Shown: positions 18,954 to 28,287 of the stretch, piece by piece
How positions within the stretch are numbered: position 1 is the stretch's first letter
Layout: every line of letters begins with the position of its first letter
The notes under the pieces: model-generated
Seen by the model: the letters and a program-made list of their open reading frames with translations, nothing else
What the model was told of the DNA's origin: nothing
Databases searched by the model: none
DNA from: a virus
Taxonomy: Duplodnaviria; Caudoviricetes
Length of the DNA: 64,000 nt
Reading direction: 5' to 3' (one strand)
IMG/VR virus record: IMGVR_UViG_3300022719_000071
Span: 224,001-288,000 of that record
Position numbers and translations under genes: made by a program

Positions 18954-20286
18954 TTCCGACTACATTAGTCGCATCTCACGGGAGTACGGTCTGTATGTTT
19001 TGGACAGTCGTGCTATCCCAGCGATGACTGATGGTCTTAAGACGAGCCAACGCATCGCTTTGTGGCTAGTGAGAAACCGAGCCGACAAGATCAAGACTAT
19101 CTCGCTCGTGGGTGAGATGATTGCCTCCAACCTGTATGTCCATGGTGACGCTGCGGCTGGTGATACTATCAGTCTCCTGGCGGCTCCGTACTGCAACAAC
19201 GTCCCCTTGCTCGGTAGTGTGGGTGCCTTTGGTACGTTGGCTGACCCAACGAGCTTTGGTGCCCCTCGCTATACCTACGTGAAGCGCTCCAAGTTTGCTC
19301 AGGACGCCTTGTATACCGATATAGACATCGTGCCAATGGTGGAAAACTACGACGGCTCTGCGAGGATGCCGGGTACGTTCCTGCCTCTGATACCCCTGGT
19401 ACTATTGAATGGCATCAAAGGTATCGCCCCTGGTTGGTCTACCAATATCCTCCCACGTCGATTGGAAGATCTGATACGTGCCGTGCAGGAGGTTCTTAGT
19501 GATGGCAAGGTCAAGACCAAGATTATGCCCCACTACGAGGGTCGCAATGTTCGAGTGGTCGAGCGTGGAGACAATCAATATACACTATTCGGACACCTGA
19601 CCAAGAAAAACACCACGACCGTGATTGTGGACAGTCTTCCGCCCGACTTGACGCTGGAGAAGTTTAAGGAATATCTCATCAAGCTGGAAGAGGATGGTAA
19701 GATCACGGATTGGATTGACCATAGCTCGAAGACTATCTACATCGAAATTAAGATGCGTCGTGCTGACCTCGTTCCCATGGAAGAGGCAGATATCATTGAG
19801 TTCCTTCGTTTGCGCACTCTGGTAACAGAGAATATTACCGTACAAGGCATCGGTGGTAACAAGGTTGTGACCTATGAGTCTGCTGATAAGTTGGTTGAGG
19901 ATTGGGTGAAGTGGAGGCTTGAACTGTACCTTGAAAGGTACAACAAACTTCTTGAGGACGAGTGTTATACAAACTTGTATTGGAAGTTGGTGATTGCGTG
20001 CTTCGACCACGAACTTGTTAATGATCTTCTCAAACTGAAGGGTAAGACCGAGCTAAAGAATCGGGTTTTGGAGATCGCAAATGCGGACAAGCTCGATGGT
20101 GTCACTGACGATATTCTGGAACGAATTGCTAATCTACCGTCATACCGATGGACGGTAGAGGGGTATGACGAAGCGAAGAAGCAACTCGAAGCCAGTTCTC
20201 AACGTGTTGTGGAATATGACAGCATGGTCAGTAGCAATGTCAAGCGCAAGAATGTTTTCAAGAAAGAAGTCGGTGCTCTAGCTTAA
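18931..20286 (+). CDS. DNA topoisomerase II medium (gp52/GyrA-like) subunit
   Basis: RAIPAMTDGLKTSQR, YVHGD, catalytic APRYT; GTG 18931 preceded by AAGGA RBS. Confidence 0.93.
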   Translation: MSLPSRASSDYISRISREYGLYVLDSRAIPAMTDGLKTSQRIALWLVRNRADKIKTISLVGEMIASNLYVHGDAAAGDTISLLAAPYCNNVPLLGSVGAFGTLADPTSFGAPRYTYVKRSKFAQDALYTDIDIVPMVENYDGSARMPGTFLPLIPLVLLNGIKGIAPGWSTNILPRRLEDLIRAVQEVLSDGKVKTKIMPHYEGRNVRVVERGDNQYTLFGHLTKKNTTTVIVDSLPPDLTLEKFKEYLIKLEEDGKITDWIDHSSKTIYIEIKMRRADLVPMEEADIIEFLRLRTLVTENITVQGIGGNKVVTYESADKLVEDWVKWRLELYLERYNKLLEDECYTNLYWKLVIACFDHELVNDLLKLKGKTELKNRVLEIANADKLDGVTDDILERIANLPSYRWTVEGYDEAKKQLEASSQRVVEYDSMVSSNVKRKNVFKKEVGALA

Positions 20287-20344
20287 TCGTAAGCAGTCAA
20301 TAGGGTACGGAAACGATAGGAAATTGGTTCATGTTGACCAAACC

Positions 20345-20375
20345 TTGACTTTATCCCTGGCAGGGTATATAAATA
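20345..20375 (+). promoter_or_regulatory. Composite promoter TTGACT-N17-TATAAATA
   Basis: Sigma70-like -35 box and T4-late-like -10 box directly before the tRNA cluster. Confidence 0.75.
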
Positions 20376-20386
20376 CTCTTACCGAT

Positions 20387-20461
20387 TGGTCCGTAGCTCA
20401 GAGGAAGAGCGCTGCCCTTACAAGGCAGAGGTCGAGATTTCGAAATTCTCCGGACCAACCA
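20387..20461 (+). tRNA. trnV: tRNA-Val(UAC)
   Basis: Cloverleaf; CTGCC-CTTACAA-GGCAG; CCA end. Confidence 0.9.
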
Positions 20462-20463
20462 AT

Positions 20464-20539
20464 TGGCTCGTAGCTCAACTGGTAGAGCGCCAGTCTCTGA
20501 AACTGGAGGTTCTTGGATCATACCCAAGCGGGCCAGCCA
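20464..20539 (+). tRNA. trnQ: tRNA-Gln(CUG)
   Basis: CCAGT-CTCTGAA-ACTGG; atypical T-loop ATCATAC; CCA end. Confidence 0.88.
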
Positions 20540-20549
20540 ATCAATCAGA

Positions 20550-20629
20550 AGGGGTGGAGCTAAAGTGTCTGGTGACGCTAGCGGTCTTTGAAACCGCCGC
20601 AACTGGTTCGATTCCAGCCACCCCCGCCA
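20550..20629 (+). tRNA. trnQ: tRNA-Gln(UUG)
   Basis: GCGGT-CTTTGAA-ACCGC; TTCGATT T-loop; CCA end. Confidence 0.85.
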
Positions 20630-20768
20630 ACATCATGCCCAAATTAAGTACCTCTCTTCCAAAAGACAAACCTTACTGTACGACCATGATCAAATTCTGA
20701 TCTACGATAGTAACGGTTCAGCTTCTCTTAAACTATTAGCTCCCAAATGGACGAAGAAGTGCTACATC

Positions 20769-20963
20769 ATGCATGATTCTGATGGCAACGCAGTTGGAAT
20801 CTTTAAGGGAGCAATAGACGAGAGTAAACAGATAGAGTTTACCTTAGCTGATGAAGATGATGAAATTCATGTTCTGAAAGCCGAAGAGATCTCGAAAGCT
20901 GAATACGGAACAGTTATCGCATTCATACATTCCCTATACTCGAAGTGGATGCTCGAACGATGA
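20769..20963 (+). CDS. Small hypothetical protein (putative paralog family A)
   Basis: EEISKAEYGT motif resembling the C-termini of 21249 and 33984. Confidence 0.45.
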   Translation: MHDSDGNAVGIFKGAIDESKQIEFTLADEDDEIHVLKAEEISKAEYGTVIAFIHSLYSKWMLER

Positions 20964-21001
20964 GTGGCATACTATTGAAATTTCCTGACTAAACTGATAT
21001 C

Positions 21002-21256
21002 ATGCAAACGGTGTACGCTTCAATTCGTGACTCTCGTGATCATTTGGTGTGCATAGTTTGTGTGCCAAGGGATTCATCGCTGTATCAGCTTGAGCAGGCG
21101 CTGATGCAAATCTACTCGAAGCTGAATTTGCCTAGCCACCCGAGTTTATTAACGGAAACTGAAGCCAAGTCATACGTAGAAATGGGAGTCTGCGACTTTG
21201 TGGACCTAACGAAGATTGCGGACTCGTTGAAGCCCATTCAAGGCTGGAGTGATTAA
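21002..21256 (+). CDS. Small hypothetical protein (putative paralog family A)
   Basis: LTETEAKSYVEMGV motif. Confidence 0.5.
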   Translation: MQTVYASIRDSRDHLVCIVCVPRDSSLYQLEQALMQIYSKLNLPSHPSLLTETEAKSYVEMGVCDFVDLTKIADSLKPIQGWSD

Positions 21257-21608
21257 AGCGGTAACCCGAAAGCTGAGGAATAAAAGGATGCTTCACTTCG
21301 TAATTCGACGTAGTTCAGACAAGGAGCCTTTGGCTCTATTCAGGATCAATACCAAGGTCGAGAATGACATGAACATAAGCACGTTAGTTTATCGTGGACG
21401 CTTCGGTCCTTTCGTGCGGATTTATCGCAACGCTTACCACGCCTACAATCTGATGCTGGGAAGCCACGATGATGTCATTCAATCGTTGTCTTATAACCCC
21501 TACACCGAAAAGGCTGATTTTTGTTTGGAACTGGTAACAAAATCCGAGTGGGAATCATGGGATGAAATGGAACTGTTCCCGAGGTTGAAGACATCGATAG
21601 TGGGATGA
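21249..21608 (+). CDS. Hypothetical protein (putative paralog family A)
   Basis: ELVTKSEWESWDEMELFPRL motif; GTG start overlapping upstream stop. Confidence 0.55.
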   Translation: MIKAVTRKLRNKRMLHFVIRRSSDKEPLALFRINTKVENDMNISTLVYRGRFGPFVRIYRNAYHAYNLMLGSHDDVIQSLSYNPYTEKADFCLELVTKSEWESWDEMELFPRLKTSIVG

Positions 21609-21832
21609 TACTGGATTACTACACAGTCCGAAACAATAATGATGAGATCGTGGCCATCGTTAGCATGTCACGTCGAAATAGATTGCCCTGGTCAGAATTT
21701 GTTAAAAATCCGTGTTCAGCAAGATGGAGCCATTCCAACTCTCTAATGGTTTTTGAGGATTGAATGGAGCATTCAATCCTCAAATTCATCTCATAAGGTA
21801 AATACCGGAACATCTTTTAGAGAGATATCCTT

Positions 21833-22579
21833 ATGGAAGTTGTGATCAAAAGCGGGATCGTTAGAATAGGAGAGGGTGGAATTCTTGTTATAGGTGATGG
21901 CATCCCTCCTCACACTCCTCCATCCTCAGCACCCGTATTTTCAGGAGAAGGTACAGACAGTGGTGTTGGTGATATCAACATCAATGTAGCTTCCACCTTT
22001 ACTACTGGAGATTTAGTGTTTGCACTGATAAGCTCGAATGATGCATCCACTGGATTTACATTGGACACTCCTACTGCTGGTACGTCAGGTGCATGGACTA
22101 CGCTATTCAATGGCACCCCGAATGACGGAACAGTGAAAGTGGCACTGTTTTCTAAGGTGGCTACAGCTAATGATAGCTCAATAGTGACATTCACTGGTAC
22201 TGATGAGGTATCCCACATTACTACTGCGGAAATTTACAAAGTTCCAACAGCATCACACAATGTTATAGATCCATCTACTGATGTTACAGTAGAGAACGCA
22301 TCCGGATCTTTAACTGCCACTGGTACATTCCCAGCTATCACTGTTCCAAATAGCAATCGACTTTTCTATTTGGCGGGATATATAGGAAATAACGGTAACG
22401 CTTTTACACCAGAACCACCACCAGGACTATCCTTGATCAATGTGAACGGAATTAGTAATGCAGTCGGTAGGGCATATGACGTTACTGATCAAAACACACC
22501 AGGATTAAAGCCTTCGTTTGACGTATCATTCGCCACGGCTAATGCAACGTTTGTATTCTTTGCAGTGGCATATCCATAA
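21833..22579 (+). CDS. Late beta-rich (Ig/lectin-like) virion surface protein
   Basis: TAAATA at about 21799; Thr/Ser/Gly-rich; N-terminal IVRIGEGGILVIG motif. Confidence 0.55.
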   Translation: MEVVIKSGIVRIGEGGILVIGDGIPPHTPPSSAPVFSGEGTDSGVGDININVASTFTTGDLVFALISSNDASTGFTLDTPTAGTSGAWTTLFNGTPNDGTVKVALFSKVATANDSSIVTFTGTDEVSHITTAEIYKVPTASHNVIDPSTDVTVENASGSLTATGTFPAITVPNSNRLFYLAGYIGNNGNAFTPEPPPGLSLINVNGISNAVGRAYDVTDQNTPGLKPSFDVSFATANATFVFFAVAYP

Positions 22580-22743
22580 CGGAAAACCTGATGACTAATA
22601 AACAAATGGAACATGGGTATACTGACCAGCAACGTCAAGAAGCGTTGAAAGCAGACCATATGAAAACCCCTTCACCATGGATGAAAGTGATGAGCAATCC
22701 CTGGCCAAACAAAAAGAAAAACCAAGCCGATTGATGTTGCAGT

Positions 22744-23286
22744 ATGAAACTAAAAGATCTAATGGAAGGACACCAACGACAGATAGAAGGACTACGCCCA
22801 AACGCTATCATCGACCTTTACTATCCATCATCGGTTCGTACAGCTATTGAATTAATCAGGGGTTCGTATAGCGATGACGAACCTCTGTTGGTTATGAATA
22901 GCCTCAAAAATGCAGCTAGAGTCTCGGATGTCGTTATTCATTTTTGGACTCAAGGAAAATATCTGGAAGCCCCTCGTGAAATGCGTAGGAACGCCCAGGA
23001 TAAGGAACTAGCAGCCAAGATCTATCCAGAGTCCTTCAAACCGTTGGTGAGCATGTCGTTGCTCTCACAGCGTCCTATAGCTTTTGTGAAGAGATACCCC
23101 ACGCCAAACAATATCGAAGCAGTATATGTGAATGTAGACGGTAATCTGGAGAAAATGCACGGCGACCAGTTTGTTGGCTGGTTTGTCAAGTTGGTCCGTC
23201 GTAGCAGGGACCAAGGAAAAGTAATCGAATCCCGTCTGAACGAGCGCTACAATCGATCTGTTGCCAATCGCTTAATTGGTGCTTGA
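22744..23286 (+). CDS. Putative internal head protein
   Basis: MKLKDLME|G N-terminus. Confidence 0.5.
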   Translation: MKLKDLMEGHQRQIEGLRPNAIIDLYYPSSVRTAIELIRGSYSDDEPLLVMNSLKNAARVSDVVIHFWTQGKYLEAPREMRRNAQDKELAAKIYPESFKPLVSMSLLSQRPIAFVKRYPTPNNIEAVYVNVDGNLEKMHGDQFVGWFVKLVRRSRDQGKVIESRLNERYNRSVANRLIGA

Positions 23287-23331
23287 TTCTAATAATTTGA
23301 ATACATACATTGGTAACACCGGAGGTATAAC

Positions 23332-23784
23332 ATGGGTTTCTGGGACAATTTCGCATCAGCGCAGAAGAAGTCAGATTTCACGGTCGCAATTAGCGATTCC
23401 GATTGGGATTCTGACTGGCCAAGTTTGGTATCTCGCCAAACCGCCAGAGTAGAAGTCAACTTTGTTAACAGAACTTTGGTGTTTCACCTACGTCAAGCTG
23501 CCAAAGGCGTCATCCAGGATGTCATCTTCCATATTCTTAACAAAGATTACAAGAAGATTGATCATATCTGCATCACCCCCGGAAAAGACAAGAACAAGTA
23601 CGAGTACCACTTCAAGGATGGTGAAGTTGTGAGCCACTATTGCGATTTTGCGTATGAGGATGATTCTCCAGCCGTCCACGTGCTTACCGTTAAGTTTCGT
23701 GAGGTAGAACTGAAAACCCCGGCTGCGGATCGTCGCACTTCGGTCATCCTGAAAGACGAAACCCCTCAACAACTAAACGGATAA
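23332..23784 (+). CDS. Hypothetical protein
   Basis: GGAGG RBS; beta-rich, weakly tail-tube-like pattern. Confidence 0.55.
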   Translation: MGFWDNFASAQKKSDFTVAISDSDWDSDWPSLVSRQTARVEVNFVNRTLVFHLRQAAKGVIQDVIFHILNKDYKKIDHICITPGKDKNKYEYHFKDGEVVSHYCDFAYEDDSPAVHVLTVKFREVELKTPAADRRTSVILKDETPQQLNG

Positions 23785-24104
23785 TGACTCCCCTAGAAAA
23801 GAACATCATAAAAAACTATGATATGGCATTCGTCAACTATAACGGATACCATCCGTTTCTAGATATTGTAGAAGACGATGGAGTGGTTGTTGGCATCATG
23901 CTTAAAGATGAAGGTGGCTCGTGGGACACCAAATCATGGTCTTATCACCGTATCGATAGACTTCCAGTATTGACTAATAATCTCGGTGAATCTTATCGAG
24001 AGATGATGAAGCAACGCACACGTATCCAGCTACATGGATTGCTTTTCAAGTTGGCATCTGTTGATGTCTCTACGATTATCCAAAAACCAGATGAAGAGCA
24101 TTGA
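23784..24104 (+). CDS. Hypothetical protein
   Basis: TAATG translational coupling. Confidence 0.55.
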   Translation: MTPLEKNIIKNYDMAFVNYNGYHPFLDIVEDDGVVVGIMLKDEGGSWDTKSWSYHRIDRLPVLTNNLGESYREMMKQRTRIQLHGLLFKLASVDVSTIIQKPDEEH

Positions 24105-24179
24105 TGACATCAAAACGTGCTAAGTTGTTAGAATTCGCTCAACGCTTTGCCTCGGTAAATACTTCTGAGGTAATGAACA

Positions 24180-24707
24180 ATGGTTCTATTAAATGAAGCC
24201 AGGAGGATTCTAGGTGAGAGCATTGACGGTTATGGTTCTGGATGGTGGAATATTAATACCGGACAGAGATTTCAACAGCCCAATGTTGCACACGCCGAAG
24301 TTATCCTGGATAATGCAGTTGCATTTGGCGTACAACACCTAATCTCTGCAACAGTATGGGATAACCCTGATGAAATGGAGCGCATTGCTTCCAAACTCGA
24401 TGGGCACTATGAAACGTTCTACGATAAGGGCTGGCTACGTTACCTCTGGGCTCAAGAGCATGGAGAACGCCTTCTAGCTGGCTCCAGCAATTCCGAAGTC
24501 TTAGTAGAAGCCTGGGACAAAGAAGTTATCCACGACTTGTACGACGAATTTAATCCTACATTCAGCTATTGGTATTCTTCAGAACATGGGGGAAGTCCTA
24601 AATCGCAAGCCATCAGGGGAATACCACCATCAATCGAAGACTGGTTTCTATCATTATCAGGAGAAGACGAGATAAATGATATCAGGAGGAGAGCGGGGAT
24701 AAGCTAA
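24180..24707 (+). CDS. Putative internal head protein
   Basis: TAAATA at about 24156; MVLLNE|ARRILGE|S start; C-terminal EINDIRRRAGI. Confidence 0.55.
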   Translation: MVLLNEARRILGESIDGYGSGWWNINTGQRFQQPNVAHAEVILDNAVAFGVQHLISATVWDNPDEMERIASKLDGHYETFYDKGWLRYLWAQEHGERLLAGSSNSEVLVEAWDKEVIHDLYDEFNPTFSYWYSSEHGGSPKSQAIRGIPPSIEDWFLSLSGEDEINDIRRRAGIS

Positions 24708-24913
24708 TGGCATGGTACAATAATCACCTTCGTGAAACCAATATGAGCTACTGGCAACACTTCCTGTTCGCTAGTAAAATGACTCTCTGGGTCGGCTGGG
24801 TTTTCTTCACTTCCGCTGTGCACACCATTCTCCCATTTGCATTTCCGTTCTGGGCCGAAAGAAACGTCATCAAGATGGTCAAGAAGATCGAGGAGCGGCA
24901 GGGGGAACGCTAA
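24707..24913 (+). CDS. DUF6356-like small membrane protein, copy 1
   Basis: HLRETNMSYWQHFLFA...VHTILPFAF. Confidence 0.7.
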   Translation: MAWYNNHLRETNMSYWQHFLFASKMTLWVGWVFFTSAVHTILPFAFPFWAERNVIKMVKKIEERQGER

Positions 24914-25110
24914 TGAATTTCAAACACTTGAAGGAAGTGAAAGAAACGTGGTGGCAACACTTCTGCTTCGCCTTCCCGATGGCCTGTCGAATGCTCTGGG
25001 GTGGTTTTTGTATACTAGTACATTCATTCCTACCTTTCCTCTTCGTGACCAATGGGTCCGACATCATCCGTAAATGCAATCGCATTGTGGAGTCTAAATT
25101 TCCTAAATGA
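24913..25110 (+). CDS. DUF6356-like small membrane protein, copy 2
   Basis: HLKEVKETWWQHFCFA...VHSFLPFLF; tandem paralog of copy 1. Confidence 0.7.
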   Translation: MNFKHLKEVKETWWQHFCFAFPMACRMLWGGFCILVHSFLPFLFVTNGSDIIRKCNRIVESKFPK

Positions 25111-25173
25111 AAAGTCCTTGACTTGGGGAGTCCCGTGTGGTAAGTTACTACCTCTAACTTGGAGAACTGTGCC

Positions 25174-25299
25174 ATGAGCAAGTCCCGTACATCGCAACCG
25201 AGTGCCAAGGCAGCAGTCATGCGCCCTGCGTATCGTTCTCGGGTAGCTCGTGACAAGAGCAAATATCATCGCCCCTCAACAAAGCGTGAGGGCTACTGA
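25174..25299 (+). CDS. 41-aa basic peptide, ArfA-like
   Basis: GGAG RBS; MSKSRTSQPSAKAAVMRPAYRSRVARDKSKYHRPSTKREGY; below the ORF-track length cutoff. Confidence 0.45.
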   Translation: MSKSRTSQPSAKAAVMRPAYRSRVARDKSKYHRPSTKREGY

Positions 25300-25391
25300 T
25301 GAACAACATCACTTAAGGAATTAGACACAAGATTCAAGCGAATGTTGGAGGGAGCCGAAGAACTTCAAAAGAGCAAGGACACGGATGACCA

Positions 25392-25718
25392 ATGAAAATT
25401 AAAGTTTTATTCAATGATCACACTAAAAAGTACCGGATTTCTTACCAAACCGGACGGCTGTTCACTCGTTGGAAATTCGCACAGCGAGTTCTTGTCTCGT
25501 CTCAAGTCAGTCAAATCGGTATGGCCAAGTACGTGGAGTCTTCCATCGAGATCGCTGAGTTCGATTCCATAGGCGAGGCTGAGGAATTCATCGCCAAGCA
25601 CGTCGCCCCACAGAGCGAGTGGTACGATCCACGAAGTGATGCTTGGACCGTGGAGGCTGAGGTTGACATTCCTGGCAAGAAAGGGTATCATGTACCAACC
25701 TTAGAAATCGGAAAGTAA
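25392..25718 (+). CDS. Hypothetical protein
   Basis: ORF with host-like codon usage. Confidence 0.55.
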   Translation: MKIKVLFNDHTKKYRISYQTGRLFTRWKFAQRVLVSSQVSQIGMAKYVESSIEIAEFDSIGEAEEFIAKHVAPQSEWYDPRSDAWTVEAEVDIPGKKGYHVPTLEIGK

Positions 25719-25724
25719 AATCTG

Positions 25725-26834
25725 ATGCAAACATACCCGACCCTGTACTCTCGTGACACCATTGGCAACATCCGTGTCTGGTGGATGGAACGTGATGGTT
25801 TTCACTATCGCACCGCATCTGGTATCAAGGATGGAGAGATCGTGCATTCGGAGTGGCGTCGTGCGTACGTGACGAACCAAGGCAAGGCCAACGAACGTTC
25901 CGCCGAGATCCAAGCCGACGCCGAAATCAAATCGTCATACGACAAGAAGCTACGCATGAAGTACCACGAGGCTGAGGCTGACGTGGACAAGGACAAGTAT
26001 TTCAAGCCGATGCTCGCCAAGGAGTTCGGCAAGGAAACTTCCAAGAAGGGCGTTTCCTTCCCCGTGCACAGCCAACCGAAGCTGGATGGCATTCGTTGCC
26101 TTGTCACCGCCGAGGGTGCATGGTCCCGCACAGGCAAGCCTATTCTGGCGATTCCGCACATCCTGGAGGCCCTGGCTCCACTGTTTGCGAAAGACCCCGA
26201 TCTAGTACTCGACGGCGAGCTGTACAATCACGACCTGAAGGATGACTTTAATACCATCACGTCCGTGGTTCGCAAACTGGAGCCTAATCCCGAGCAGCTT
26301 GCTGATTCAGCACGCCTGATTCAGTATCACGTGTACGACTGTCCGTCCGTGGATGGATCATTTGAAATTCGCATTAATACTCTGGTTGCTCTGCTGATGA
26401 ACATGCCCGAGTGTGTCGTTCTGGTGGACACGCAGTTTGTGTTGGATCAGGAGACTCTGGATTTCTTGTACGCTGAGTACATGAAGAACGGCTACGAGGG
26501 ACAGATGGTGCGCCTGGGTGGAACCTACGAGCAGAAGCGCTCGAAGTTCCTATTGAAGCGCAAAGAGTTCAAGGATGCCGAGTTCGAGATCGTGGAGGTA
26601 AAGTCGGGGCAAGGGAATTGGGAAGGTTACGCCAAGACCCTGACCGTGCGTCTTCCTGACGGCAGAACGTGCGATTCGGGTATGCGTGGTAATCAGCAGT
26701 ACCTGAAGGAAGTACTGGAGAACGCTGACTCCTATGTCGGCAAGCAGGCGACCATTCGCTACCAGGATCTGACTCCGGACGGCAAGCTTAGGTTTCCTGT
26801 TGCCGTGGCGCTGCACCTGGAGGAGCGCTGGTGA
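25725..26834 (+). CDS. ATP-dependent DNA ligase
   Basis: Motif I QPKLDGIRC, VLDGELY, YEGQM, LLKRKE and C-terminal OB fold LRFPV. Confidence 0.92.
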   Translation: MQTYPTLYSRDTIGNIRVWWMERDGFHYRTASGIKDGEIVHSEWRRAYVTNQGKANERSAEIQADAEIKSSYDKKLRMKYHEAEADVDKDKYFKPMLAKEFGKETSKKGVSFPVHSQPKLDGIRCLVTAEGAWSRTGKPILAIPHILEALAPLFAKDPDLVLDGELYNHDLKDDFNTITSVVRKLEPNPEQLADSARLIQYHVYDCPSVDGSFEIRINTLVALLMNMPECVVLVDTQFVLDQETLDFLYAEYMKNGYEGQMVRLGGTYEQKRSKFLLKRKEFKDAEFEIVEVKSGQGNWEGYAKTLTVRLPDGRTCDSGMRGNQQYLKEVLENADSYVGKQATIRYQDLTPDGKLRFPVAVALHLEERW

Positions 26835-27022
26835 GCGAAATGAAGAAGCCTACTGACATCATTGTTGATATTCATCGTGAACTTGAGGCTCTTGCGGAGG
26901 CTGCTGTACAGGAACAGCATGCTGATGCCAGCCGTGTTGATAGCACACTCGACTACTACGAGGATGAATTTGCGAAATGGATCGTAGCCAAATTTAAGAA
27001 GGAAGTTCTAGATGAAAATTAA
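26831..27022 (+). CDS. Hypothetical protein
   Basis: GTGA overlap with the ligase gene. Confidence 0.5.
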   Translation: MSEMKKPTDIIVDIHRELEALAEAAVQEQHADASRVDSTLDYYEDEFAKWIVAKFKKEVLDEN

Positions 27023-27368
27023 GGTCTTTCTGGACGACGTGCGTAAGGAGCCTGTTGGATGGGTACGGGCGCACACGGCCCAGGACGCTATCGAGTGGCT
27101 TCAGGAGAGAGAGGTAAGCCACATCAGCCTGGACCATGACCTGGGTTCAGAAGAGGCTGGTACTGGCTACGACGTGTTGAAGTGGATTGAGAGGGAGGTC
27201 GCCATGGCTGGTTATGAGCCTCCGCACATGACCATTCATTCTGCCAATCCAGTGGGTCGTAAGCGCATGGAGATGGCGATCCAGAGCATCCTGCGTCTGT
27301 ATGAGGTAGCTAACATGGAGTACCAGGAGGATGGATATAGCGGCCCTGGTGAAGATAATTGGGACTAA
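27012..27368 (+). CDS. Cyclic-phosphate-processing receiver domain protein
   Basis: VFLDDVR, ISLDHDLG, TGYDVLKWIE and IHSANPVGRKRM motifs. Confidence 0.8.
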   Translation: MKIKVFLDDVRKEPVGWVRAHTAQDAIEWLQEREVSHISLDHDLGSEEAGTGYDVLKWIEREVAMAGYEPPHMTIHSANPVGRKRMEMAIQSILRLYEVANMEYQEDGYSGPGEDNWD

Positions 27369-27372
27369 CCTC

Positions 27373-27401
27373 TTGACTTCTTGTTGGGACAATGATAAAT
27401 A
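27373..27401 (+). promoter_or_regulatory. Composite promoter TTGACT-N17-TAAATA
   Basis: Same architecture as the 20345 promoter; precedes ncRNA A. Confidence 0.7.
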
Positions 27402-27407
27402 TAGACT

Positions 27408-27628
27408 GTGCATTGCTTAGTAGCGGTCTACCACGGGATACACCGGGAGGAGTGAACGCAGTGTGACCGAGTGTGAAGATTCAGACGGCGACCTGTGATG
27501 TGTCAATTCTAAGCAGGAAAGCCCTCTGACATAAGACGTTTGTATCGGATCACTTGAAGAATTGACTGTAACTCACGGCAGCCAGATAAAGGCAGGTTCG
27601 TGAGCGGTGGGATGGAAGTTCCCGCCTA
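27408..27628 (+). ncRNA. Candidate structured ncRNA A (unassigned)
   Basis: Non-coding; stems CATTGC/GCAGTG, GTAG/CTAC, GTCAATTCT/AGAATTGAC and CTCACG/CGTGAG. Confidence 0.55.
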
Positions 27629-27632
27629 TTAC

Positions 27633-27710
27633 GGTTGTGTAGCTCAATCTGGTTAGAGCACTCCCCTGTCACGGGAAAGGTTGAGGGTTCGAATCCCTTC
27701 ACGACCGCCA
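27633..27710 (+). tRNA. trnD: tRNA-Asp(GUC)
   Basis: Anticodon loop CTGTCAC; TTCGAAT T-loop; CCA end. Confidence 0.9.
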
Positions 27711-27831
27711 ATTTAGAGAAACACATCGCCTGTCTGAGCTTTGTGTGGGGACCATACCACTAGGTTGATAGTGGACAGACCGAGACCACGGGCTTATGTC
27801 ACGTGGGATGCAATGGAAGTTTGCAATTAAT

Positions 27832-27910
27832 GGCCCGTTAGCATAGTCTGTCCTAATGCGCCAGCTTGTCACGCTGGAGATCAAGGGTTAGAATCCCTTA
27901 CGGGTCGCCA
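27832..27910 (+). tRNA. trnD: tRNA-Asp(GUC), second copy
   Basis: CCAGC-TTGTCAC-GCTGG; variant T-loop TTAGAAT; CCA end. Confidence 0.88.
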
Positions 27911-27946
27911 AGTTTTTGGCCAACATGGAAGTTCCTTGTCAACGTG

Positions 27947-28073
27947 GTATCAGCGTAAATGACGGGTCGGCCAAGGGGAGTTGTGTGACTTCACTCTCGC
28001 CAAACTCTCTGGAAGGAGAGCTAATATTAAAAGGCCGAAAAGTGATACTGGAGTTCTGTGATTGAATACTCCA
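27947..28073 (+). ncRNA. Candidate structured ncRNA E (unassigned)
   Basis: Nested stems GTATCA/TGATAC, TCGGCC/GGCCGA, GAGT/ACTC, CTCTC/GAGAG, then TGGAGT/ACTCCA. Confidence 0.45.
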
Positions 28074-28080
28074 TTTAACC

Positions 28081-28188
28081 ATGGTTTTGTTTGTGAAGTT
28101 CGATCACCCGGTGCCTGGGGTTACAAGGCTGATTATGGTTTTGTTTGTGAAATTCGATCACCCGGTGCCTGGGGTTACAAGGCTGATT
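28081..28188. repeat. 54-bp tandem duplication (2 copies, 1 mismatch)
   Basis: ATGGTTTTGTTTGTGAA(G/A)TTCGATCACCCGGTGCCTGGGGTTACAAGGCTGATT twice. Confidence 0.95.
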
Positions 28189-28287
28189 TTTGCTTTAAAA
28201 TAGATATTATTTTATTATAAAAGTCACCGTGACTGCGACTGGATGAGGAAGCCATTTCGCAGATTCCTATGGAAGTTGGGTAAGTTT

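Noticed and set aside
24707-25110. Tandem DUF6356 genes as a novel system
   Set aside because: Simple duplication of a small family already common in phages; no further signal
27711-27830. HDV-like theta ribozyme downstream of tRNA-Asp
   Set aside because: A pseudoknot-like arrangement exists (ACACA/TGTGT, CTGTC/GACAG, CCACT/AGTGG), but the J4/2 catalytic C and the L3 consensus are missing
28081-28188. CRISPR mini-array
   Set aside because: Two directly adjacent copies with no unique spacer and no cas genes in the window
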